Assembly: GCA_965233865.1 (NCBI GenBank)
Contig: OZ247587.1
Coordinates: 864,001 to 928,000 of the forward strand
Source: Candidatus Neptunichlamydia sp.
GTDB taxonomy: Bacteria > Chlamydiota > Chlamydiia > Chlamydiales > Simkaniaceae
Length of the DNA stretch: 64,000 nt
Direction: 5' to 3'
The notes beneath the pieces are model-generated. The model was not told the origin of the DNA. It did no database searches and saw only the letters and a list, made by a program, of their open reading frames with translations. Each line of letters opens with the position of its first letter. Position 1 is the stretch's first letter. The position numbers and the translations under genes were made by a program. This document shows positions 47,619 to 57,368 of the stretch, piece by piece.

Positions 47619-49046
47619 TCAATTTAAAGTTAAACTACTATAATGCTTTGTCGCTGCGTCATAAGCCACTTGCCTATCGTCAAAAGGAATTCTTCTTCCT
47701 CCAATTTTCTGAAAGAGCTCATGACCTCTTCCAGCAATGAGAACCGTGTCATTTTTCTCTGCCATAAAAATACCTCTCTCAATGGCTGAGCGCCTGTCTA
47801 CTTCAATAAGAGCCTCCTGCTTGAGACCTTTTGCAATTTCATTACAAATTTTCAAAGGGTCTTCTCCTCTAGGATTATCAGAGGTCACGATAACTTGATT
47901 GGAATATTTTTCTGCAGCCTCAGCCATTAAAAAACGTTTTCCTTCATCTCTTTCACCACCACAACCAAAGATCGTAATAATTTTCCCTCTTTTGATGCCT
48001 TCAAGCGTTTCGAGCACTTTCAAAAGCGCCTCAGGGGTGTGAGCAAAATCGACAAAAAGATGGATCTCTTGAGGATTTTTAATTCTTTCAAGCCGACCTG
48101 GAACCCCTGGAAAAGTTATAAGTTTCTTCTTTATTAAAGCAAGAGACTCTCCCTTTGACAAGAGCACAGCAAATGCAGCTAAAACATTATAGACATTATA
48201 CCGCCCAATAAGAGGAGATTCGATATTAATGACCCGGTTTTTGTAAAGCAAATCGAAGGTTGTCCCTTCTAGCGTAACAGAGATATTTTCCGCCCTGAGA
48301 TCAGCTACAGTATCGATAGCATATGTTATTCCTTCTCCAAACTTTTCAGCGACAGGATCATCCTGATTATAAATTGCTAGCTTCGACTGATCAAACAGCT
48401 TCAGCTTTGCGCCGAGATAGGCATCCATTGAACCGTGGTAATCAAGGTGATCTTGAGAAAAATTCGTAAAGACTCCCACATCAAACTCCATTTCTTCTAC
48501 ACGATTTTGATCAAGAGCATGAGAAGTTGTCTCCATGACTGCAGCCTTGAGTCCTTCTTCTGCCATTTCTTTTAAAATTTTATGATTTGTCACAACATCA
48601 GCCGTTGTTAATTGTGCGGGGAATCGCTGCTTTCCAATGATGGTTTCAATGGTCCCCATGAGCCCACATTTTGGAAGAAGGTGCTGAATCAAACATGCCG
48701 TCGTCGTTTTCCCATTTGTTCCAGTAATTCCAATTAAAAAAAGAGGGTTATTCTCCGTTCCATAGTAACGCTTTGCTAAAAAAGCTTCTAGCTTTGCCAC
48801 GTTGGGAGTCACAACTTGAACAATTCCTTGCAAGAAGGGATTATAAAAATCTGTGAGAACAGCGATAGCTCCTGTTTCTATCGCCTTGGGAATAAATGCC
48901 GTTCCATCAAAGGTCTCCCCTCGCTTTGCAATAAACAAGCTTCCTGGGGAAATAAATTGTGAATGGGAAGAAATTCCCGTCACTTCAATTTCGCGACTTC
49001 CTTTAACATCAACATCAAGGCCTTTGAGTAATTTCTTAAGTTTCAT
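47619..49046 (-). CDS. murE: UDP-MurNAc-dipeptide--meso-DAP ligase
   Basis: GITGTNGKTT, METTSHAL, QDHLDYH, VPGRLE, DFAHTP, FGCGGERD, DNPR. ATG 49046. Confidence 0.96.
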   Translation of the reverse strand: MKLKKLLKGLDVDVKGSREIEVTGISSHSQFISPGSLFIAKRGETFDGTAFIPKAIETGAIAVLTDFYNPFLQGIVQVVTPNVAKLEAFLAKRYYGTENNPLFLIGITGTNGKTTTACLIQHLLPKCGLMGTIETIIGKQRFPAQLTTADVVTNHKILKEMAEEGLKAAVMETTSHALDQNRVEEMEFDVGVFTNFSQDHLDYHGSMDAYLGAKLKLFDQSKLAIYNQDDPVAEKFGEGITYAIDTVADLRAENISVTLEGTTFDLLYKNRVINIESPLIGRYNVYNVLAAFAVLLSKGESLALIKKKLITFPGVPGRLERIKNPQEIHLFVDFAHTPEALLKVLETLEGIKRGKIITIFGCGGERDEGKRFLMAEAAEKYSNQVIVTSDNPRGEDPLKICNEIAKGLKQEALIEVDRRSAIERGIFMAEKNDTVLIAGRGHELFQKIGGRRIPFDDRQVAYDAATKHYSSLTLN

Positions 49047-51010
49047 TCGTTCCAATTTTTGTAGAGTTCTTTGAGAACCTGCACTTCTCGGCTCCAATCT
49101 GCTTGCTCTGGGTCAGCATCGGGATGTCCCTTTGGAAATCCGTGAGGGTCATCGGGTGGAATGCCCAAATACTTGTAAGTTTTTTCCATAATACTCTTAA
49201 AGGCAGGGGCTGCGCACCTTCCACCAAAGTAAGTTTTTCCGATCCCAGGAAGGTAACGGTATTCAGGCTCATTAATCGCTACATAAAGAAGAAATTGAGG
49301 GTTGAAAGCTGGTGTAAACCCTACAAAACTAGAGTAATGATGTTTTTTCGAATAAGTTCCGTTAATGATTTTTTCCGTTGTTCCTGTTTTTCCTGCTTCG
49401 GTATGCCCTGAAATATTGGCGCGCCAGCCCACTCCTCCGGGTTTTGTTACGAATTTTAACGCATAAATGATTTCTCGGCTAATCCGAGGATTTAAAAGTT
49501 GCTCACCTCTCTCCGTTTTATGGGTATAAATCTCCTCCCCACCCTTCACAATTTTCCTGACCAGGGTAGGTTTCACAGAGTATCCTCCATTGGTCAGGAT
49601 AGCATAGGCGCGCAAAAACTGCACAGTGTTGCTAAGCATATTGTACCCAAATGAAAGAGAATAGGGAGTGATCTTTGACCAAAGGAATGTCTGGTCAACG
49701 CGAGGAAGAAGACCCGAACTTTCGCATGGAAGCTCAATATCTGTGGGAATCCCAAAACCAAAAACTTCCTCGAGTTTTTCGCGATACCACTGATCCCCAA
49801 GCGTGGCAACAATTCTTTGGACGAGCTTAGCACAATAGATGTTTGAAGATTTTTGCATTGCTAAATACATATTAAGGTAGCGGTGGTTCCCCACGTCTCT
49901 GATCGGATTTTTCCTGCCAGGGAAATTACCATCACTTACAGGAATCATGTCCTTTGGATCAAAGATAGGCTCTTTTCCTTGCTGAATCAGTTCTTCATTC
50001 GCAAACATTGCAATGGCAATCGTAATCGGCTTCATTGTTGATCCCAATTCAAAACAATCGGTAATCGCTGAAATTTTCGTAGCATCTGTTTTATCAGGAT
50101 CATTGTAATAGGAGCGGTAGTCCGAAGGATCAAAGAAGGGATATTGCGCTAAGGCATAGATCTCCCCTGTATTCGGGTTCATCATGACCGCCCATCCATT
50201 CTTAGCACCTGATGACTTCACAGCACGTTCCACTTCTTCCTCAGCAATTGCTTGGATATAATGATTAATCGTGAGGTAAACATCGGCGCCATCTTCGGGT
50301 TCGTTGACAAGAAGGCCCTCTTCCATCGAATTGCTAGGTGAGCGGAGAAGAAGCCGCTTCCCTGGCTTCCCCTGAAGATATTTATCAAAGCTAAGCTCAA
50401 GTCCACCAGTAGGAAGTGCTTGATGGCTTTCCAAATCTCGATCATCTTGCACAGTATGAAGAACCGGGCCAAGCAATTTCCCATAAGGGTAGGCTCGTTT
50501 GTAGTCTTCTTGAAAATAAAGAGCATTTCGAGGAATTTTTTTCCATCGAGCATAGGGGCGCCACCAGGCTAATAGCAGCTCTTTATCTTTCTCGGTAATC
50601 CACATCTTTAGTCGGCGACTGCGACAATGTTTTTCAAAGTGCGGCCGGATCCCATTTTTTTCTTTCCAATCGAGCGAAAGAAGTTCACTAACTTTATCTG
50701 AAATTTCGTCCCTTAGTCCTGGATAAATAGCAATGGGGTCAATGAAAAGATGATGTCTTTTTACATCAAAAACAAGAGGTTGAGCAGTTTCAATATGCCC
50801 TTCTTTAAGAGTATTATTCGCAAAAAACCGCCCCCTTTTGAAAGGTTCTGTTACTGAAAATTGGTGCTGGGCCCGTGCTTGGAGCGCCCATTTATTTCCC
50901 TCTATGATTTGCAGTTTATAAAACTGCAAGATGATGAAACAAAAGAGAATAAGCATTGCGATGGACAACGCTAGGAGACGACGTAGATCTTTTGCATCAA
51001 CTTCTTTCAC
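49043..51010 (-). CDS. ftsI: Class B penicillin-binding protein PBP3/FtsI
   Basis: N-terminal TM, STMK (SxxK), SSN (SxN), KTG. Position in the dcw cluster. Confidence 0.93.
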   Translation of the reverse strand: MKEVDAKDLRRLLALSIAMLILFCFIILQFYKLQIIEGNKWALQARAQHQFSVTEPFKRGRFFANNTLKEGHIETAQPLVFDVKRHHLFIDPIAIYPGLRDEISDKVSELLSLDWKEKNGIRPHFEKHCRSRRLKMWITEKDKELLLAWWRPYARWKKIPRNALYFQEDYKRAYPYGKLLGPVLHTVQDDRDLESHQALPTGGLELSFDKYLQGKPGKRLLLRSPSNSMEEGLLVNEPEDGADVYLTINHYIQAIAEEEVERAVKSSGAKNGWAVMMNPNTGEIYALAQYPFFDPSDYRSYYNDPDKTDATKISAITDCFELGSTMKPITIAIAMFANEELIQQGKEPIFDPKDMIPVSDGNFPGRKNPIRDVGNHRYLNMYLAMQKSSNIYCAKLVQRIVATLGDQWYREKLEEVFGFGIPTDIELPCESSGLLPRVDQTFLWSKITPYSLSFGYNMLSNTVQFLRAYAILTNGGYSVKPTLVRKIVKGGEEIYTHKTERGEQLLNPRISREIIYALKFVTKPGGVGWRANISGHTEAGKTGTTEKIINGTYSKKHHYSSFVGFTPAFNPQFLLYVAINEPEYRYLPGIGKTYFGGRCAAPAFKSIMEKTYKYLGIPPDDPHGFPKGHPDADPEQADWSREVQVLKELYKNWNE

Positions 51011-51282
51011 TTGAGGACCACCACTTTATTCACATATGGGTAGCGCAAATGAGAATACTCCTTTTCCCTTAGGAGTCCAATAAGACGACTTGGACTTTCC
51101 AAACGCTCAATTTCTAGACATAATTGATCATTTTCTTCCTCAAGGCTCCTCAGTTGTTTTGCAAGCTCCGGAATTTCCATTTTGAGTTCTGTTAGATCAT
51201 TTTGCTTATCAATGTATGTATAAAGAAATCCCCCAAGAGCAAAGATACAAATGAGAAGGCGGAATAGCAAACCTCGATTCAC
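51007..51282 (-). CDS. ftsL: Cell division protein FtsL
   Basis: Small TM plus coiled-coil protein between rsmH and ftsI (ENDQLCLEIERLESPSRL). Confidence 0.8.
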   Translation of the reverse strand: MNRGLLFRLLICIFALGGFLYTYIDKQNDLTELKMEIPELAKQLRSLEEENDQLCLEIERLESPSRLIGLLREKEYSHLRYPYVNKVVVLK

Positions 51283-51302
51283 TTAGCGCCCCCGCGACAT
51301 AT

Positions 51303-52219
51303 TTAGATCCGTTCCGCGACTCGAAGTTTGGCGCTTCGGGCACGCCGGTTTGTACGGCTCTCTTGAAATGTAGGAATAAGCGGCTTCTTAGTCAGTAGCT
51401 TCAGTATGGGATAGATGTGAGTCTCTTTCATTTCGATCATTTTTTTAATGGGCCTGGATGCTGTGCGGAAAAGATTCTTCACAATCCGGTCTTCAAGCCG
51501 GTGGAAAGAAAGAACGCCGATACGCCCTTCTGGAGCGAGGATTTGAATGGCACTTTTTACCCCTTCTTCGATCGAATCGAGTTCACGATTGACACAGATT
51601 CTAAGGGCTTGGAAGACAAGGGTTGCAGGGTGGAGTTTTTTCTTACTGCGGCCGATCGACTCCGATAAGATTTCAGCGAGCTGTGTCGTGGTTTCAATGG
51701 GCTCCTTTCTTCGCGCTTCCACGATTGCTCGCGCTGCTTGTCGCCATCGCCGCTCTTCTCCATATTCGCGAAACAAATTTGCTAAATCTTTTTCAGACCA
51801 CTTATTAACGATCTCTTTTGCCTTTATACCAGTCGACGGATCCATCCGCATATCCAAGGGACCTTCCCTAAGAAAACTAAAGCCTCTTTTTTCTTCATCT
51901 AACTGCATTGATGACACTCCCAAGTCAAAAAAAAACCGTCTAATTTTTTAATTCCCCGCTCCCCAAGCTCCTCTTCCAATCGATTAAAATTCGAATGGAC
52001 AAAAGTCACCTTCCCTTCAAAATCCTTTAAATTATTTTTTGCAAGCGCTAAAGCATTTTCATCCTGGTCGCACCCATAATAGGTTTCAATCTCAGGGTGC
52101 GCTTCAAGCAGCGCTTTTGCAAACCCCGCTGCGCCCAGCGTTCCATCGAAAAAAGTCTTGATCTTTTGGTCCTTAAAAATTTCCAAACTCTCCGTAAGCA
52201 TAACCGGGATGTGTTTCAT
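51303..52219 (-). pseudogene. rsmH: 16S rRNA m4C1402 methyltransferase RsmH, split by a 1-nt frameshift
   Basis: HIPVM, DGTLGAAG and DQD in one frame. DLGVSSMQLD, RGFSF, LDMRMD, FQALRI, SFHRLEDRIVK and RSAKLR in the next. The break is at a T9 run (51927-51935). May be a sequencing error. Confidence 0.85.
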
Positions 52220-52740
52220 TAAATCTGCTCGTATTCTTCTTGTTGATCGGGAGTCAACACCTCTTCCTTATCTCTTTCATCTAAAAGAGCAAAGGCTTCC
52301 TCTGTCATCTGCGATAAATTTCCGTCTTTCCCATCTAAAAAGCTCTCCAGGTCGAATTCATACTTCTCTTTCGGCCAAATCTCAATTTTGTTTAGAACAC
52401 CTGCAATCACGATTTCATTTTTGATATTTGCTGCTTTTTTCAAAACAGGAGGAAGGACGACGCGTCCTAATTTGTCACATGTAGCGTGGTGAAGTGTGGA
52501 AAAGAAAAGCGTAAAGAACTTTTGATACTTAGCCACATGCTGTTTTGACTGAAACTTTTTAACAATTTTCTCAATGTCACTTCTCTTGTAAATCGCGAGG
52601 GATCCTCCAAGCCCAAGAGCAATAGTGAACTCAAGCTCTCCATTTTCCACAAGCCCGTAGCGCATTTGCTGAGGAAGAACGAAGCGGTTCTTATCATCAA
52701 GCTTAGAGTGGGTAGATCCGTTAAAGAAGAAGTTTTTCAT
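52219..52740 (-). CDS. mraZ: Division/cell wall cluster repressor MraZ
   Basis: Two DxxxR repeats (LDDKNRFVLP, CDKLGRVVLP), IEIW. TAATG overlap with rsmH. Confidence 0.92.
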   Translation of the reverse strand: MKNFFFNGSTHSKLDDKNRFVLPQQMRYGLVENGELEFTIALGLGGSLAIYKRSDIEKIVKKFQSKQHVAKYQKFFTLFFSTLHHATCDKLGRVVLPPVLKKAANIKNEIVIAGVLNKIEIWPKEKYEFDLESFLDGKDGNLSQMTEEAFALLDERDKEEVLTPDQQEEYEQI

Positions 52741-52760
52741 AAGTTAATGTCGTTAAATTT

Positions 52761-52804
52761 TCCACTTATTTCCACATCCTATCATCGGTTTTGAAAATGA
52801 GCAA
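52761..52804 (-). promoter_or_regulatory. Putative mraZ promoter with MraZ-box repeats
   Basis: TTGCTC-N17-TAGGAT immediately followed by GTGGA-N5-GTGGA (10-bp period). Confidence 0.6.
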
Positions 52805-52975
52805 TGTTTTTGTCTAAAAGCTCTGTTTGAAAATGCCTAAATGATTTTTAACCCACTTAAAACAAATAAGAAAAGACTGGTGGAAATCTGTGGAAAAATT
52901 GTTCATGCTTTTTGGTTGTACCGAAAAAAAACAGAGATCGGTATAAATAGGGGAAACACTTATTAGAAGGCATAA

Positions 52976-53494
52976 ATGGTAGACCCTAAAACAGTAGATA
53001 ATCTTGGATTGGACTCCTCTGTTCGTTGGGCACAAGATCAGGCCTACCTTGATAAAAGTCTCTCAAAAGAGGCCCCTTTTGTTTCTCGAAGTACACAGAT
53101 TGACGTTGCTCATCCCTTTTATAGAAGCGAGTTCGACACTCTCTTTCAAACTTCCAGTCGATTTGCCCCATGGGCACTTCTCTCTCCTCCTTCTGGCTTT
53201 AATCTCCAAAAGATGCGCCTCTTTACCTTCCAAATTATTCCCTCACTTGGCACCCATGAATTTCTTTCTGCTCAGATGCAGAAAATCCGCGATAAGGTAG
53301 ACAATTCCCAAAAGGCGCGTGCCCAAAGACGCCAAGAAGGAAAAGGGTCGGAGTATGAATGGGAAGATGAGAAAGAAGAGGAAGAGGAATTTCGGGAATC
53401 CAAAGCCCTCATTGCCCTTTTTGATTATCTTCAAGTTCTCGACACCCTACTTTCTCAGATCAATTCACGACGCAACCAGTACTCAAAAGGATAG
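52976..53494 (+). CDS. Conserved chlamydial hypothetical protein (CT273-like)
   Basis: WA.LSPP.GF...RLF.FQIIP.LG motif, acidic tract, C-terminal QYSKG. Synteny with rsmH and dnaA. Confidence 0.75.
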   Translation: MVDPKTVDNLGLDSSVRWAQDQAYLDKSLSKEAPFVSRSTQIDVAHPFYRSEFDTLFQTSSRFAPWALLSPPSGFNLQKMRLFTFQIIPSLGTHEFLSAQMQKIRDKVDNSQKARAQRRQEGKGSEYEWEDEKEEEEEFRESKALIALFDYLQVLDTLLSQINSRRNQYSKG

Positions 53495-53499
53495 GCGCC

Positions 53500-53892
53500 A
53501 TGGATACAAATTGGATTAAACTTCTGGGGTGGAATAAAGATCAGATAGAAGACATTCGATTCGCTGGATACTCTTTTGCTAAACAGGGGCATTATGAACA
53601 CGCCCTAAAGTTTTTTGAAGTCTTAGTGATCCTTCCCGAAGAAAATGTTTACGACCTTCAAACCCTTGGAGGCATCTACCTTCAAGTAGGCAACAACCTC
53701 TCTGCCCTAAACCACCTTGAAAAAGCACTTTCCCTTGATCCTAAGCATGAGCCTACTCTTTTGAATAGAGCCAAAGCTCTCTTTCTCCTTGGATACAAAC
53801 GGCAGGGCCTTACTCAAGCATCCTACCTAGAGCGCAGTTCCGATTCCTATATTGCTGACCAAGCACGCGCCCTCACTCTCGCCTATAGCTAA
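53500..53892 (+). CDS. TPR protein, CT274-like (possible type III secretion chaperone)
   Basis: TPR repeats (YDLQTLGGIYLQ.G...AL, TLLNRAKALF.LG). Synteny. Confidence 0.8.
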   Translation: MDTNWIKLLGWNKDQIEDIRFAGYSFAKQGHYEHALKFFEVLVILPEENVYDLQTLGGIYLQVGNNLSALNHLEKALSLDPKHEPTLLNRAKALFLLGYKRQGLTQASYLERSSDSYIADQARALTLAYS

Positions 53893-53963
53893 TCCGGTCG
53901 AAAAAGATGAGCTCTGGGGTAATGCTATTCAGCAAATGATCCGCACCGAATTTACCTTGGCCT

Positions 53964-55664
53964 TTAATCAACTTGAGCTGTAACTCTTCGGCGATCTCTT
54001 TTGATGAGTGGGAGATCTCCTTTCTGGGCCTCTTCAATCTCGCAGGTGAAAGAAGGAAGATCAATTTTATACCCTTCAATAAACTTGTGCCCCCACTCCT
54101 TCTTTTGGGAGAAGGTGGGATCCTGAATTGCAATCATTGGAGCAATCTTCTTTTCTTCATAGAAAAGAGCAACAGCTGTAGGAGTAAGTTGGCGCTCCCA
54201 CAATTTGCGGAAAATAGTAAAGTCATTAATCCCTTCAAGCGATTCGAATAGTGACTTCCGGCAAAGAGCCGCTGAAAAGGGACGGCTTGCCCCCTCTTCT
54301 CCTAGTTGATACGCGTAAATTCCTTGATCGATGGGAATTGTGTGCGGAAGAGCTTCTCCCTCTTCGACTTCGTGAGATAAGAAGAAATGGTCAGCGTGCA
54401 CTTTTTCCATAGCAGAGATGCAATCATGAAACTGAATCCTTTCCTCAAAGATAAGTTGATCGTCTACAATCGCCAGATAGGGAGATGCATGACGTTTATT
54501 AGCCAAAACCTTAGAAATCAAAGTAGCATAATCATTTCCAGGATAATCACACACATTCAAGAATTGCACCGTATGAAACTCATTTTGCAGGTTGAGATAG
54601 GCCCGTTGGAATTCATGGTCATTTCCCTTATAAAGAACGTAGATTTCATTGATATCCCTTGCATTTAACAAGAGAGATTCAAGACAAGCATAGAGGTGGA
54701 GAGGACTATCTTCGGAAAAAAGAATGAAGTCACTTTTGTATCGATGAAAGCTCGGGCTGCTTATCTCCAGCTTAAGCTGAGACAGGGTCTTGTATGAAGG
54801 AAGTGATCGCAGGTGGGCGTCAATCAAAGCAACTTTCTGGAGATGGAGTTTGTGATCTACAACAGAAACGCTGTCATTTTTTACATAACTGACTTCATCC
54901 ATAAAAAGGATATGTTCAGGACCCATTTCAAAAAGAGGAAGCAAACTCGCGAGCCCATAACATTCATCAATAAATTTTCCCTTGTATAGGAGGTCTTGCA
55001 GTCTCACATTTTGAAAGAACCCTGCATAAAACGTCGTGAGCGGGCTAATCTTTTCGCGTACTTTTTGACGAAACTCTTTCCCTAAGAGGAGCGACTCAGA
55101 AAATTCATGCCCAGAAAGTACTTGGTAATCAGGGTGAGAAATAGCCCTTGAATGGGTCATCCATACGCCAGGATTCGCATAAGCACAGTTAAGATGATCA
55201 AAGACATTTTCATGTGATAGCCAATCTTTTCCCTCAATAAGTGCTACAATTTCGTGGGGGTCAAGGCGCTGGATAACATCGTATAAAACTTCAAGGTTAG
55301 GCTTTCGATTTTCGTAGCGAATCAGTTCCAATTTTCTCTCTTGATTTTGAGAGTAAGCCTCAGCTCTTTCGTAAGTGCCATCTGTCGATCCATTATCGAT
55401 GAGGATCACGCGCGTATAAGGATAGGTTTGCGTGAATAAAGAGTCTAAATTTCGTTGAACATCCTTTGCATTATTCTCAGCAAGGATAACTGCAACGATC
55501 ACCTGATCTTCCAATATCGGATGAATAATTCCAAGACGTGATTGAAGCGCTGTTTCTTTCTTCTGTGGCGCGATTTTTTCAATCACACCAAAATGGGTTT
55601 TCAATCCATAATAGGTTGAGGCAAGCAGGCCAATAAGAACTAAAAAAACGAAACCCTTTTTCAT
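53964..55664 (-). CDS. Membrane-anchored glycosyltransferase family 2-like protein, two GT-A-like modules
   Basis: N-terminal anchor. LDSLFTQTYPYTRVILIDNGSTDGT, then a second module FSEDSPLHLYACLESL...VDDQLIF. Confidence 0.8.
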   Translation of the reverse strand: MKKGFVFLVLIGLLASTYYGLKTHFGVIEKIAPQKKETALQSRLGIIHPILEDQVIVAVILAENNAKDVQRNLDSLFTQTYPYTRVILIDNGSTDGTYERAEAYSQNQERKLELIRYENRKPNLEVLYDVIQRLDPHEIVALIEGKDWLSHENVFDHLNCAYANPGVWMTHSRAISHPDYQVLSGHEFSESLLLGKEFRQKVREKISPLTTFYAGFFQNVRLQDLLYKGKFIDECYGLASLLPLFEMGPEHILFMDEVSYVKNDSVSVVDHKLHLQKVALIDAHLRSLPSYKTLSQLKLEISSPSFHRYKSDFILFSEDSPLHLYACLESLLLNARDINEIYVLYKGNDHEFQRAYLNLQNEFHTVQFLNVCDYPGNDYATLISKVLANKRHASPYLAIVDDQLIFEERIQFHDCISAMEKVHADHFFLSHEVEEGEALPHTIPIDQGIYAYQLGEEGASRPFSAALCRKSLFESLEGINDFTIFRKLWERQLTPTAVALFYEEKKIAPMIAIQDPTFSQKKEWGHKFIEGYKIDLPSFTCEIEEAQKGDLPLIKRDRRRVTAQVD

Positions 55665-55878
55665 AAAGCAACTCCAATGCTGAATGTAAAACTATATAGC
55701 GTGTTTGAACTTTTTTTTGCAATCTAATCACTACAAGGAATGGGTTCTTGTTATTTTATGCTCCTTTTTTTTCAGTTTTAGAGTGTTAGAAAAAAAAGGC
55801 CGAAAGGTAGAGAAATATACTTGCTGAAAGAAAAGGATGGTGGTAGTGTTACGCCGAAAAAAAGGGAAGCTGTTTTAT

Positions 55879-55898
55879 TGTGGAAAAAATGTCGATAA
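55879..55898. promoter_or_regulatory. Two DnaA-box-like 9-mers upstream of dnaA
   Basis: TGTGGAAAA (55879-55887) and TGTCGATAA (55890-55898), each one mismatch from TGTGGATAA. Confidence 0.6.
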
Positions 55899-55913
55899 CT
55901 TTTGGAAATAACA

Positions 55914-57248
55914 ATGCCTCTTGAAACAAAAGAAAATACCTGGTCTGAATTCCTATCCTTTATGCAAGATCGGTGCTCGCGTGCCGAATTTGAAAATTGG
56001 ATCGCGCCAATAAAATGTGTCGAAGAATCAGATCCTATAACATTGCAAGTTCCTAATGTGTTTGTTCAACAGTATCTCCTCGATAACTACGAAGAAGCCC
56101 TTGCAAGTTTTTTTCCAAAGGACAACAAAGGTAAACCTCTGATCTCTTTTTTGATTAAAGAGGGAGAAAAACGGAAAGAACTTAAAAAAGAGCTCCCCAA
56201 ACCGAAAAAGAAATCAGACATCGGACACCCTCTTTCCTTCAACGTCTCTTACACATTTGAAAACTTCATTGAAGGTCCTTCCAACCAATTTATTAAATCA
56301 GCCGCTCTTGGCGTTGCATCTCGTCCTGGAAAATCTTACAACCCCCTCTTTATCCATGGGGGTGTGGGCCTAGGAAAAACTCACCTACTTCATGGCATTG
56401 GGCACTCCATCCAAAAAAATCATAAAAAACTCTGCATCCAATGCATCACAACCGAAGCGTTTATCAATGATCTTGTCTCCCACTTGAGGAGTAAGTCCGT
56501 CGACAAAATGAAGCGGTACTTCCGCACCCTTGATGTCCTCCTTGTCGATGATATCCAGTTCTTGCAAAACCGTCTCAATTTTGAGGAAGAGTTTTGTAAT
56601 ATGTTTGAAGCCTTGATCAATCAAGGTAAGCAGATCGTGATTACCAGCGATAAACCTCCAGGACAGTTGAAACTTTCAGAACGCATGGTTGCGCGCATGG
56701 AATGGGGCCTAGTTGCACATATCGGAACTCCAGATTTAGAAACGCGCGTTGCTATCTTGCAATATAAAGCAGAAAAAACCGGCCTCCACCTTCCAAGCCA
56801 AACTGCATTCTATATCGCAGAACATATCTATAATAACGTGCGGCAACTTGAAGGAGCTATCAATCGACTTGGGGCTTACTGCCGCTTGATGCACCTTGAG
56901 CCCACCCAAGACGTAGTAGATTCAACACTCAGTGAAATGTTCCAAGCACCCGTTCGCTCTAAAATCTCCGTAGACCGGATCCTTCACAGCGTCGCATCGA
57001 TGTTCAATGTCAGAGAAAGTGATCTCCGCGGATCGTCCCGAGCCAAAGATGTGACATATCCACGGCAAATTGCCATGTATCTTGCCAAGGAACTACTCGG
57101 AGAATCCCTCATCAAGATCGCTTCGTCCTTTGGTGGTAAAACCCATTCGACCCTCCTCCATGCTTGGAAAAAAATCTCCCAGCAACTGGAAAGAGACGAT
57201 GTGCTGCGTCGTCAAATTCAAATGACACGGCAAAACATCGAAGCTTAG
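55914..57248 (+). CDS. dnaA: Chromosomal replication initiator DnaA
   Basis: [53 protein letters not shown]. Confidence 0.97.
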   Translation: MPLETKENTWSEFLSFMQDRCSRAEFENWIAPIKCVEESDPITLQVPNVFVQQYLLDNYEEALASFFPKDNKGKPLISFLIKEGEKRKELKKELPKPKKKSDIGHPLSFNVSYTFENFIEGPSNQFIKSAALGVASRPGKSYNPLFIHGGVGLGKTHLLHGIGHSIQKNHKKLCIQCITTEAFINDLVSHLRSKSVDKMKRYFRTLDVLLVDDIQFLQNRLNFEEEFCNMFEALINQGKQIVITSDKPPGQLKLSERMVARMEWGLVAHIGTPDLETRVAILQYKAEKTGLHLPSQTAFYIAEHIYNNVRQLEGAINRLGAYCRLMHLEPTQDVVDSTLSEMFQAPVRSKISVDRILHSVASMFNVRESDLRGSSRAKDVTYPRQIAMYLAKELLGESLIKIASSFGGKTHSTLLHAWKKISQQLERDDVLRRQIQMTRQNIEA

Positions 57249-57368
57249 ATAAATGTTAACTTTAAGCGGAAGAAATTCTTCAAAATTTATTTGATAAGCA
57301 TTCTACGAATTTCCTCCATGAAAAGCCTTCCATTACAAATTATGTTAATAAGTTTTTTTAATTAGGTG

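Noticed and set aside
57249..57368. oriC downstream of dnaA
   Set aside because: AT-rich, but no DnaA-box cluster is visible.
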